A stretch of DNA of 64,000 nt, taken from assembly GCA_949291365.1 (NCBI GenBank), contig CASEVJ010000011.1, positions 23,661 to 87,660 of the forward strand. The letters are read 5' to 3'. Below, in pieces: positions 29,043 through 37,837 of this stretch. Source of the stretch: an uncultured bacterium (GTDB lineage: Bacteria > Elusimicrobiota > Elusimicrobia > Elusimicrobiales > Elusimicrobiaceae). Position 1 is the first letter of the stretch. Each line of letters opens with the position of its first letter. The position numbers and the translations under genes were made by a program. Under the pieces are notes generated by a model. That model searched no databases, was not told the origin of the DNA, and saw only the letters and a program-made list of their open reading frames with translations.

Positions 29043-29219
29043 AAATTTGTTTCTCCTGAATGATTAATTTTGGGATACTTTCATTATACCAAAAATATTT
29101 TTGCTGTAAGCACTGCCTGGGGAAAAGCCGGTTTTTCACTCGGTAAATATTTTGCTCTCGCTCTTGCGCGGGGCGGGCTTGGTGTGGTACAATATAAAAG
29201 TAAGGAATAACTAACTTTT

Positions 29220-31196
29220 ATGGAAACGCAACCTCTTTTAACTCTTTTTGATTTGAAACCCGGCGCCTGCGCTGAAATAGCGGACGTGCAAACCGACGCA
29301 GCCCAAGCCGGCAAACTGGCTGCCATGGGGCTGGCCAAAGGCCAAACGGTGGTGCGCAAAGCCGGCAAAAACCCGCTAGTCGTGTCCGTATGCGGCAGTG
29401 AGGTAGCATTGGGCCCCCGTACTGCAAAAAAAATACGGGTGGTGCCCTGCAGCCAGGACGGTTCTGCGCAGGGGTTTGTCCGTCCCCGCACTTTTTTAAT
29501 GGCGGGCAATCCCAACGTGGGCAAAAGTTTGCTTTTTTCCCGTTTGACGGGGATAGGCATTTTGTCCTCCAACTTTCCGGGGACGACCGTGGGGCTTAAC
29601 TACGGCACGACCGTTTTTGACGGGGAAACCTATAATATCATAGACATTCCAGGGCTTTATCGTCTGGAAGAAAAATGGCTGATAGAAGGCAAAAAAAGAG
29701 ATTTGTTTAAAGAGCTGGAATATGATTTTATCGTGTGCGTGGCCGACGCGTCCCATTTAGAGCGTAATTTGTATTTCACGCTGGAGCTGATGAGCTTGGG
29801 CAAACCGGTGATTTTGTTGCTTAATAAATTTGACGAAGCCCAGCGCAAAGGCATTATGATTGACGTGCGCGGCCTTTCCAAACGGTTGGGTATCCCGGTG
29901 ATTGCCGTGGTGGCTACGACCGGGGAAGGGCTGAAGCGCTTGGAAGTGACGGTGGGGCATTTGGCTAAAAACGCCGGCAAACAGCCGCGCGTGCTGGATA
30001 TCCCCCCCGCTCCGGAAGATAAATGGCGGCTCATCGGCGGCATAGTGCGCCAGGTGCAGAAAATACGCCACAAACACGCCAGTTTTACCGAGAAACTGCA
30101 GGCCTGGGCCACGCACCCCGTCAGCGGGCTGGCTATTGCGCTGGTGGTGCTGCTGGTGTCGCTCTATATTATTGTGAATGTAGGGGAGCTGATTATCGGC
30201 CTGCTGGAGCCGCTGTATGAAAATTATTATTTCCCTTTCCTGCAGAAACTGTTTGCCTCTTTGGAAGGGACGCCTTGGTATTTGTTTTTGCTGGGAGACG
30301 GCGGAGAGCATTATTTCGGCGTTTTATCCGACGGGCTGAAAATCGCCCTGGTGGACGTAATGCCCTATGTGCTGGTGTTTTATTCGCTGTTAGGATTTTT
30401 GGGAGATTTGGGGTATTTGCCGCGCTTGGCCGTTTTGTTAGACCGGCTGCTGCACCGTATCGGGCTGCACGGATACGGGGCTATCCCCATTATGCTGGGT
30501 TTTGGCTGTAAGGTGCCTGCGGTAATGGGCGTGCGCGTGCTGGAAAGCCGCCGCGAAAGAGTCATCGCGCTGGCGTTGATTTTGGTGCTGGCGCCGTGCA
30601 TATCCCAGACCGCGATGATTTTGTCCATGCTCTCCCCGTACGGGGTAAAATACTTGCTGGTGGTGTTTGGCGTGTTGTTTATAAACGGCATTTTGGCCGG
30701 GACGATTTTGAACAAACTGCTTAAAGGCGATACGCCGGAAATGTTTATGGAGATCCCTTCCTGGAGCGTTCCCCAGCTGCGCCCGCTGGCGCGCAAAATC
30801 TGGCTGCGTATGAAAGAATATTTTGCTGATGCGCTGCCGCTGATTTTGGCGGGGGTGCTGTTTGTTGATTTGATGCAGTTTTCCGGCATTACGGACTGGC
30901 TGGCTAAAATTTTCCGCTATCCGGTGCAGTACCTGCTCAATTTGCCGGTAGAGGCCACGCCGGTGCTGTTTTTGGGGTTTCTGCGCAAAGATGTGTCTAT
31001 TGCACTGCTGGAGCCGTTTCATTTGCCGCCTGACCAGCTGGCGGTGGCCTGTGTGTTTATGGCGATGTATTTGCCCTGTGTGGCCACTTTCTTTGTCATG
31101 CTGCGGGAGAACGGGCTGAAGGATACGCTTAAAATTGTAGCGCTTACCTTTGGGCTGGCACTGGTCAGTGCGTCAGTATTGCGTTTGCTGATGTAA
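29220..31196 (+). CDS. feoB: Ferrous iron transporter, FeoA-FeoB fusion
   Basis: N-terminal FeoA-like domain (KLAAMGL...GSEVALG); G1 GNPNVGKS, G2 NFPGTTV, G3 DIPG, G4 NKFD; membrane domain GFGCKVPA and YLPCVAT. Confidence 0.9.
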   Translation: METQPLLTLFDLKPGACAEIADVQTDAAQAGKLAAMGLAKGQTVVRKAGKNPLVVSVCGSEVALGPRTAKKIRVVPCSQDGSAQGFVRPRTFLMAGNPNVGKSLLFSRLTGIGILSSNFPGTTVGLNYGTTVFDGETYNIIDIPGLYRLEEKWLIEGKKRDLFKELEYDFIVCVADASHLERNLYFTLELMSLGKPVILLLNKFDEAQRKGIMIDVRGLSKRLGIPVIAVVATTGEGLKRLEVTVGHLAKNAGKQPRVLDIPPAPEDKWRLIGGIVRQVQKIRHKHASFTEKLQAWATHPVSGLAIALVVLLVSLYIIVNVGELIIGLLEPLYENYYFPFLQKLFASLEGTPWYLFLLGDGGEHYFGVLSDGLKIALVDVMPYVLVFYSLLGFLGDLGYLPRLAVLLDRLLHRIGLHGYGAIPIMLGFGCKVPAVMGVRVLESRRERVIALALILVLAPCISQTAMILSMLSPYGVKYLLVVFGVLFINGILAGTILNKLLKGDTPEMFMEIPSWSVPQLRPLARKIWLRMKEYFADALPLILAGVLFVDLMQFSGITDWLAKIFRYPVQYLLNLPVEATPVLFLGFLRKDVSIALLEPFHLPPDQLAVACVFMAMYLPCVATFFVMLRENGLKDTLKIVALTFGLALVSASVLRLLM

Positions 31197-31549
31197 GACC
31201 CTGCCTGAAATTTGAAAAGAGCGCAAAACAGCTTGTTTTGCGCTCTTTTATTGTATCTGGACGCCAGCCATGCCAAGAAGAGGGTTTATTTGCGCTGGAG
31301 AACAAAAAGAGGCGGTTGTTTGTTCCTGCCATACGACAGGGCTGGAAAGGAGAAAATGAGCCAAACAATCGCTCTTTCCCACAAGCATGTCTTGAACTGT
31401 AAGATTGCGCTTTCTTTTGTGCCCACCTCACACCAAATCGGGGAAATGCGGTGCTGGTCTGTAGCATAAAGCACTTCGCTGGCTTTTACAGCCGGAGTAT
31501 GTGGTTTTTTGAGCATAAAAAATCCCTTCCGGGCGGAAGGGATTTGAAA

Positions 31550-32011
31550 TTAGTTGGCGCTTCCGTAGCGGCCAATGTCCACCGGGATAGGTACGTCCCC
31601 CAGCGGTGTTTCAAAGTAAGCCGTGCCGACTAAATGGTAATTTACGGTTGCACTGCCCATACTGACCAGCCCCAGCAATTTACTGCTGAAAACATCCATC
31701 GGCACAGTCAAATACACTTTTTGGTTTTTGGTGGCGCCGGGTTCCACGCGTACGTTTTCAAAGCTGACGTCTGACACTTTGACGTCTTCCATAAACATTT
31801 CCCCTTCAAATTTCTTAATGGCGGCGGCGTCCTTGCGGTTTAAATTGGTAATGCCCACATATACATTAAACGAAAGGGAATTGACATTGTAATCCGAAAT
31901 TTCCACCCCGCGCAGGGCGTAGGTGCAGTTGGCAAAGCTTTCCGCTTCCTGCACGCTGGCGCAGGCGGTAAAGAACAAAGGGGTAAGCAACAAACAAAAA
32001 AGTTTCTTCAC
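31550..32011 (-). CDS. LEA type-2 (WHy) domain lipoprotein
   Basis: Lipobox FTAC, N-x-N motif (ITNLN), beta-rich; GTG start. Confidence 0.75.
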   Translation of the reverse strand: MKKLFCLLLTPLFFTACASVQEAESFANCTYALRGVEISDYNVNSLSFNVYVGITNLNRKDAAAIKKFEGEMFMEDVKVSDVSFENVRVEPGATKNQKVYLTVPMDVFSSKLLGLVSMGSATVNYHLVGTAYFETPLGDVPIPVDIGRYGSAN

Positions 32012-32146
32012 AAAGGCCTCCTTAAAATATACAGCATAAGATCATTTTATAACATTTTTCGGAGAGATGTTTAAAAGGAGTTCTGAAGCGGATTTCGTTT
32101 GTTGTATAATAATAAAAAAGACGTGAAAAAGATGGAGATAGTTACT

Positions 32147-33382
32147 ATGAACGACCTACAGAAAAGAATTTATGACCGTTTTGCCTGCTACGTCGCGGTA
32201 GAAACCACCAGCGACAGCAATAGCCAAACTGTGCCCACCACAGCTACGCAGTTGGCTTTTGGAAAACAATTGGCCCAGGAAATGAAAGACCTTGGCCTTT
32301 CTAACGTGGAAATAGACAAAAATGGTTTTGTGTTTGGAGAAATACCGGCCAATGTTCCCGGCGCACCCGCTATTGGGCTGTTGGCCCACATGGATACGGT
32401 GGAAGATTACTGTGGCAAGAATATTCGCCCCGTGGTGCATGCCAATTACCAGGGCGGAGATTTGGTTATCAATGAAGAAAAGAAAATGTATCTGACCACC
32501 CAAAACGCCCCCCACTTGCTGGACTGCATAGGCCATGATATTGTAACCTCCGACGGGAATACACTTTTGGGCGGGGACGATAAAATCGGCATTGCTATTA
32601 TCATGACGCTGGCGGAACATTTGCTCTCTCACCCGGAAATTAAGCACGGCCCGGTCAAAATTTCATTTACCATAGATGAGGAAACCGGCACCGGCGTGGA
32701 ATATTTTGATTTGGAGCGTTTTAAGGCGGATTTCGCCTATACGGTGGACGGCAGCTTGCTGGGAGATATCGACTGCGGTAATTTCAACGCAGACAAATTC
32801 CTTATTTCCATCATAGGCAAAAACTGCCACCCCGGCGCCGCCAAAGATTTTATGGCTAATCCGGTGCGCATAGCGGCAGATATTGTATCTTCCTGGCCGG
32901 AGAACAAACTGCCGGAAACAACGGAAGGCGAAGAGGGTTTTATTCTTTTTAAAGATATAGAAGGCGGCTTGGATCATGCCACCTTGGGCGGGATTGTGCG
33001 TCATCATGATTTGGCGGCTTTTGAGCAGTTTAAGAAAGATTTGGAACAGATTGTGCAGGAAAAACGCGCCAAATATCCCAATGCCAAAATTAATTTGGAA
33101 ATCACTGCGCAGTACCGCAATATGCGCCAAGTGTTGCAAGAAAAGCCCCAGGCCATGCAGGCATTGGAACAGGCGTTGAAAGAAGAAAATATTGCCTACC
33201 GTCTGACGCAGGCCCGCGGCGGTACTGACGGAGCGCGGCTTTCTTTGCGCGGGCTGCCTACGCCCAATATTTTCGCCTCTTATGAAAACCCGCACGGCCC
33301 TTATGAATGGTTAAGCTTGCCTTGGAGCGAAAAGACGTTCAATGTATTGCTGCGTATTTTGGAGAATGCCGCTAAAAACTGA
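32147..33382 (+). CDS. pepT: Peptidase T (M20B tripeptidase)
   Basis: AHMDT, LLGGDDK, DEETG, VDG, HPGAAK, RGGTDG, HGPYE; start chosen 9 nt after GGAG. Confidence 0.93.
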   Translation: MNDLQKRIYDRFACYVAVETTSDSNSQTVPTTATQLAFGKQLAQEMKDLGLSNVEIDKNGFVFGEIPANVPGAPAIGLLAHMDTVEDYCGKNIRPVVHANYQGGDLVINEEKKMYLTTQNAPHLLDCIGHDIVTSDGNTLLGGDDKIGIAIIMTLAEHLLSHPEIKHGPVKISFTIDEETGTGVEYFDLERFKADFAYTVDGSLLGDIDCGNFNADKFLISIIGKNCHPGAAKDFMANPVRIAADIVSSWPENKLPETTEGEEGFILFKDIEGGLDHATLGGIVRHHDLAAFEQFKKDLEQIVQEKRAKYPNAKINLEITAQYRNMRQVLQEKPQAMQALEQALKEENIAYRLTQARGGTDGARLSLRGLPTPNIFASYENPHGPYEWLSLPWSEKTFNVLLRILENAAKN

Positions 33383-33910
33383 CGACGTCTTTTTCCCCCC
33401 CACCCGGGGCAAAGCCGCAAACTATAAAAGTATCTAAAAGCCGCCCTTAATAGGGCGGTTTTTGTATGTACAAAACCCGGGTTAAAAAATACCATTTCCC
33501 GCTTTCCCTGGCGGCACTAAGGCGGGGTGCATTTCTGTTCTGCGGGGCTGTCAGTTATTTTGCCGGGGAAATGGGCCGCACGGTGCCGCAAAACCGGGTA
33601 GAGAATGAAGCTGGCTAAAAGCAGATGCCACGAATATATGTAAGGAAAATTTAGGAACCGGGGAAAACAAGCCGGCAGGACTTATTGTTTACGTTATGGT
33701 GGGGCAGATTACTTTTCCACCGGCTCTACCGCCACACGGACGCAGATTTATTGGCTGTGCCCTGACAGAGCAAGTTACATTTTCCCGTGCGGACGTGGGG
33801 CTCATCAGATAGGGTACTCAAGTCCTTTGCGGTGCGTGGGATTTGCTCACAGTGCCAGCAAAGGGCCCGTAACGTCCGGCAGCGGCCGCGTGAACGGGCT
33901 GCAGAGCATA

Positions 33911-34942
33911 CTAGCGGGATTTGTGATGCCAGCCGTATCCGGCTGACACGGGCCGGCCGGCCGCTTTCAGCTGGGCTTCCAATTGCCGGCGGGCCCGGGC
34001 GGAGGGCATAGAGGCGTTTTTACCGGGATAAAGCGCATAGTTTTTGCGCTCCTCTTCCCCGGTAATATTGGGCATAATGACATTAGCGCCGCTTTGCAGG
34101 GCCTTAAAACGGCCTTGCGCTTCCAAGGTTTCCATAGAGGTAGTGGCTGGAATATTGATATCCGGAAGAAGCAGCCGGGCCAGCGCCATGACTTTCAAGG
34201 CCGGTGTTAAACGCGGGACCGGAGCGTCTTTGAGCGGGGTGTCCGGATTGGGGATAAAGGGCCCCAGTCCAATCATATCCGCCCCCAGTTGTTTAAAAAA
34301 TAAAATGTCCCGCGCTAAAGAAAGTTCCGTCTGTTCGGGCAGCCCCACCAGTACGCCGGTGCCGGTTTCATAGCCCAGCTCTTTTAAATCCTGCAGACAG
34401 CGCAGCCGGTTTGCCAAGCTCATGCCTGGGTGGTATTTTTCGTACAGGGCGGGATCGGTGGTTTCTATGCGCAGCAAATAGCGGTCGGCTCCGGCTTCTT
34501 TAAAACGCTGATAATCACTACGGGGCCGTTCGCCTATGCTTAGCGTAACAGCCAACCCTAACCCCTTGATTTGGCGCAGCAGCGGCACCAAAATATCCGC
34601 CGTAAAGAAAGGGTCTTCCCCCCCTTGCAGTACAACTGTTTTATAGCCGTATTGCACGGCTTTTTGGGCCAAGGCGAATATTTCCTGCGGTGCCATGCGG
34701 TAACGCGTTATAGCGCGGTTTTGAGACTGTAAACCGCAGTATAAGCAGTTGTTGCAGCATATGTTTGTAAATTCTATCAGCGCGCGCAGATGTACTTCCG
34801 GCCCTACATATTTTTGGCGCACGCGGTCAGCCGCGGCAAACAAGGCGTCGTTGATATGCTGGTCTTGCAGGAGCTGTAGCAGTTCGGATTGGGTCAGTTC
34901 GTGGGCCGTTTCTGCACGGCTAATTAGGGCCATACTATCCAT
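33911..34942 (-). CDS. hydE: [FeFe]-hydrogenase maturase, radical SAM
   Basis: LRALIEFTNICCNNCLYCGL, LQGGED, GADRYLLRIET, GPFIPNPDTP, YALYPGK. Confidence 0.85.
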   Translation of the reverse strand: MDSMALISRAETAHELTQSELLQLLQDQHINDALFAAADRVRQKYVGPEVHLRALIEFTNICCNNCLYCGLQSQNRAITRYRMAPQEIFALAQKAVQYGYKTVVLQGGEDPFFTADILVPLLRQIKGLGLAVTLSIGERPRSDYQRFKEAGADRYLLRIETTDPALYEKYHPGMSLANRLRCLQDLKELGYETGTGVLVGLPEQTELSLARDILFFKQLGADMIGLGPFIPNPDTPLKDAPVPRLTPALKVMALARLLLPDINIPATTSMETLEAQGRFKALQSGANVIMPNITGEEERKNYALYPGKNASMPSARARRQLEAQLKAAGRPVSAGYGWHHKSR

Positions 34943-35000
34943 AATTATAGTGTATAAAAAAACCCCTGTCAGATGACAGGGGTTTAAACAGATAGGTTTT

Positions 35001-37739
35001 TTAGCGCGCCTGGACGGAATCTAACAGGTTTTTGGAGTCCGATATCGTGGGATCCAGGGTATTCGTAACCGTGTTGTAATTGAAGCGGTACGAAATTTTA
35101 AAGCTCTGCGGATTCTCGGGCGGTATCTTGACCAGAATGGAATAATTGTCCGGCTCTACGGCAGTGGTAATATTCCATTCAATCATCTGCTGGGCCGCCG
35201 GGTGACGCGAATTAATGAGCTGCTGCAGGGTTTGGCCGTTGGCTAAAGGGAAATTTTGGACTTGCGCCAAAATGGGATCCAACGGATTAGCTGCCGGCTG
35301 TACAGGCATCATTGGGGCATTTTGCCCATAGGCCTGCTGCGGCATGCCGGGCTGCATGGCTCCCGCCGGCATTTGTTGCTGGCCGGGCTGTAAGCCCGCC
35401 TGCGGCATTTGCTGGGTATAATCCTGCGGCATTGCTTGGGGCATATCCGCCGGGGCTTGTTCGGGCTGCTGCGGCAGCATTTCATTTAATTGCTCATCCA
35501 GGGCCTGTTGCTCTTGGGCAGAGGAAGAGGATTTGATGAAATTAAACTGCGGCGGCAGAATTTCCAGATATCCCAGCATGACGTAAATCAAGGCCAGGAT
35601 AATGACAGACACCGCTGAGCCCAACACAATTTTAGTACCTTTGCTGCTGCCGGGCTTAATGTCGGCCGCTTTCATGTCGTGCTGAGTGTTGATATCTAAG
35701 TCCGAATCCGTCAAATCCAAACGGTTAGAGTCACCCGGTTCTTTGACCATAGGCACAGTTTTGATGTCCATGGTGGCGCCGCGTTTAGTTTTAATCGTGT
35801 TTTCCAAAATTACTTTGGATACCGTCAAATCTGCCTCATCTTTTTTGGAAGTAAGGATTTCTTCCACGGCTTCTTCCTTCTCTTCCTCTTTCTTGTCTTC
35901 GGAGGCAGCGCCGCCGTATTCTTTAGGCAAGGCCGATTGAGCAGCCGCTCCGGATGTTTGGGCCGGCGGAATGAAATCCGAAATTAGATAGGTGGATCCT
36001 TCTTTTAATTCCACTTCCGTTAGGTCATTGGGATTTTGCGGAGCGGGGGCTTCTGCCAAGGTTTCCTGTTGAAAACTTTCCACTTCTTCAGCCGGTGATT
36101 GCGTTTCTTCCGGCAGCGGGAATTCCTCCGTAGGTGTGCGCTCAGTGAATGCTTCTGCTAAGTCTGCCTGGGAAATCAAACCGTCGTCTTCTCTTTGCGG
36201 CTCTATTTTTTTACCAGGCACCAACTCTTTAATAGTTTCCGTAATCTCTTTCTGTTCTCCGCCGACAGCTTCATTGGGGTTCATGGGAGTTACAGCGTCA
36301 GAAAGGACATTGCCGCCAAAGGGTGTCTGCGCCGGGGCATTGTCGGCAACTGCCGGCACCGGCTGCTCCGGTTCTTCAGTTTGGGCAATATTAAGCTGGG
36401 GCTGATCGCCCAAATTTAAATCCAGAGATTCTTTTTCCGCTGGTAAATCCATCGGGGCCGGTTCCGCCGGGGCCTGCGGCTCATCGGCCGTAGGCAAAGA
36501 CAAAGCCGGCTCATCAGCCGTAGGCAAAGACAAGGAGGGTTCCTGCGCCGGGGTCGGTTCCGCCGGGGCCTGCGGCTCATCGGCTGTAGGCAAAGACAAA
36601 GCCGGCTCATCAGCCGTAGGCAAAGACAAGGAGGGTTCCTGCGCCGGGGCCGGTTCCGCCGGGGCCTGCGGCTCTTCCGTTTGAGCAATACCCTCTATAC
36701 CGGAAAGAGCCGGTTTTTCGGCTTGTTCGGCTTCTTGTATGGCTTGTGCGATTAAATCATTTTGTTGTGCCGGAGCCGTGATTTCATTGATAATTTCTTC
36801 CCGTTTTTCTTCGGTAATTGGCTGGCCGGGCGCCTGTACTGCGGGCTGGGGTGGCTGTTGGGGAGCTTGCGGCTGCTCTTTATTTTCTTCTCCGTCTAAA
36901 GAGAGCACAATATCCGGCGTTTGTTGGGGCGCGGCGGGCTCCTGCGCGGCTGGTTCTTCAGCCGGTGTTTGCGGCTGGGGCTGCTGTGCAGGCAACGCGG
37001 CGTCCGTAGTTATTTTGGCCGAAGAAAGCAAATCCTGGAAAGTGGCTTCTTTTTCAGCTTCGGGCTGTACTTTGGCATTATACAGCGAATCCAGCGCCGA
37101 GCGCAGAATCAATTCTTCGCCGCCTTTTTCTGATAAATTTTCCGTTTTTCCAGAGCCGATTTCAATTTCATCTAAAAAGTCTACGGGTTTGGCCTGGGGG
37201 TTGGAGCTGGCCTGGGCAACCAGCTGTTCGGCATGATTTACCAAACTTTCCGTATTGGTGATGGTGGCGTCTTCATTGACGGGTTCGGATACGGGCTGGG
37301 GTGCCGGGGCAGAAAACGGCTGCGGCTGGGGAGCCGGAGCTGCTGCCGGAGCACTGTGGGCCGCTGCTTCTAAAGCGGCGTCCAGTTTTGTCTTAAGGCC
37401 TTCTATTTCCCGGGTTAAATTGTCAATCTTTTCTATTAAAATCTGCGTGACAGAGGTGTCCGCTACCGGCACCTGAGTAACCGGCGAAGTGGCCGTAACA
37501 TCGGCTGTTTTGCCCTGGATGGTATCCAGTTCTTCTTGGGTCAGCGGAGCGCGGGTCATCGTTTTGGATGCCTCGTCAAATTCAAAAATATTGGAAGCTT
37601 TCACCCATTCCTGGCTGCCGCCCTCTTCTATTTCTTCGGAGCAAATCAGCGTTTCCGGCGTAAAGCCGTCTAATGAGACGAGTTTTTCCTCGTCGTAGGG
37701 ACCGTCCACCTTATCATTAATATAAACCCAGTATCTCAT
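35001..37739 (-). CDS. Membrane-anchored protein: N-terminal GYF_2-like domain, long acidic Pro-rich linker, TM, C-terminal domain
   Basis: YWVYINDKVDGPY start; about 600 aa low-complexity E/P/A/Q; TM IVLGSAVSVIILALIYVMLGYL. Confidence 0.75.
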   Translation of the reverse strand: MRYWVYINDKVDGPYDEEKLVSLDGFTPETLICSEEIEEGGSQEWVKASNIFEFDEASKTMTRAPLTQEELDTIQGKTADVTATSPVTQVPVADTSVTQILIEKIDNLTREIEGLKTKLDAALEAAAHSAPAAAPAPQPQPFSAPAPQPVSEPVNEDATITNTESLVNHAEQLVAQASSNPQAKPVDFLDEIEIGSGKTENLSEKGGEELILRSALDSLYNAKVQPEAEKEATFQDLLSSAKITTDAALPAQQPQPQTPAEEPAAQEPAAPQQTPDIVLSLDGEENKEQPQAPQQPPQPAVQAPGQPITEEKREEIINEITAPAQQNDLIAQAIQEAEQAEKPALSGIEGIAQTEEPQAPAEPAPAQEPSLSLPTADEPALSLPTADEPQAPAEPTPAQEPSLSLPTADEPALSLPTADEPQAPAEPAPMDLPAEKESLDLNLGDQPQLNIAQTEEPEQPVPAVADNAPAQTPFGGNVLSDAVTPMNPNEAVGGEQKEITETIKELVPGKKIEPQREDDGLISQADLAEAFTERTPTEEFPLPEETQSPAEEVESFQQETLAEAPAPQNPNDLTEVELKEGSTYLISDFIPPAQTSGAAAQSALPKEYGGAASEDKKEEEKEEAVEEILTSKKDEADLTVSKVILENTIKTKRGATMDIKTVPMVKEPGDSNRLDLTDSDLDINTQHDMKAADIKPGSSKGTKIVLGSAVSVIILALIYVMLGYLEILPPQFNFIKSSSSAQEQQALDEQLNEMLPQQPEQAPADMPQAMPQDYTQQMPQAGLQPGQQQMPAGAMQPGMPQQAYGQNAPMMPVQPAANPLDPILAQVQNFPLANGQTLQQLINSRHPAAQQMIEWNITTAVEPDNYSILVKIPPENPQSFKISYRFNYNTVTNTLDPTISDSKNLLDSVQAR
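36454..36674. repeat. Intragenic tandem repeat, 96-nt unit, about 2.3 copies, with an internal 30-nt sub-repeat
   Basis: Units start at 36454, 36550 and 36646; they encode EPAPAQEPSLSLPTADEPALSLPTADEPQAPA. Confidence 0.92.
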
Positions 37740-37837
37740 GTTTTCACCCTAGCATTTAAAAATAAACCATCACGATACAAGCATACAAAATTATCTTTCT
37801 TTTGAATAGCCCTTTTTATAGATTTTCCAGAGGGCGT

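Noticed and set aside
31356-31469. 37-aa ORF after AAGGAG
   Set aside because: RBS spacing is very short, it lies beyond the feoB terminator, and the sequence has no recognisable features.
33836-33935. Possible duplicated hydE 3' end (GGGATTTG...TGCCAGC at about 33838 and 33916)
   Set aside because: Only two short matches separated by a frame-breaking indel; compatible with chance.
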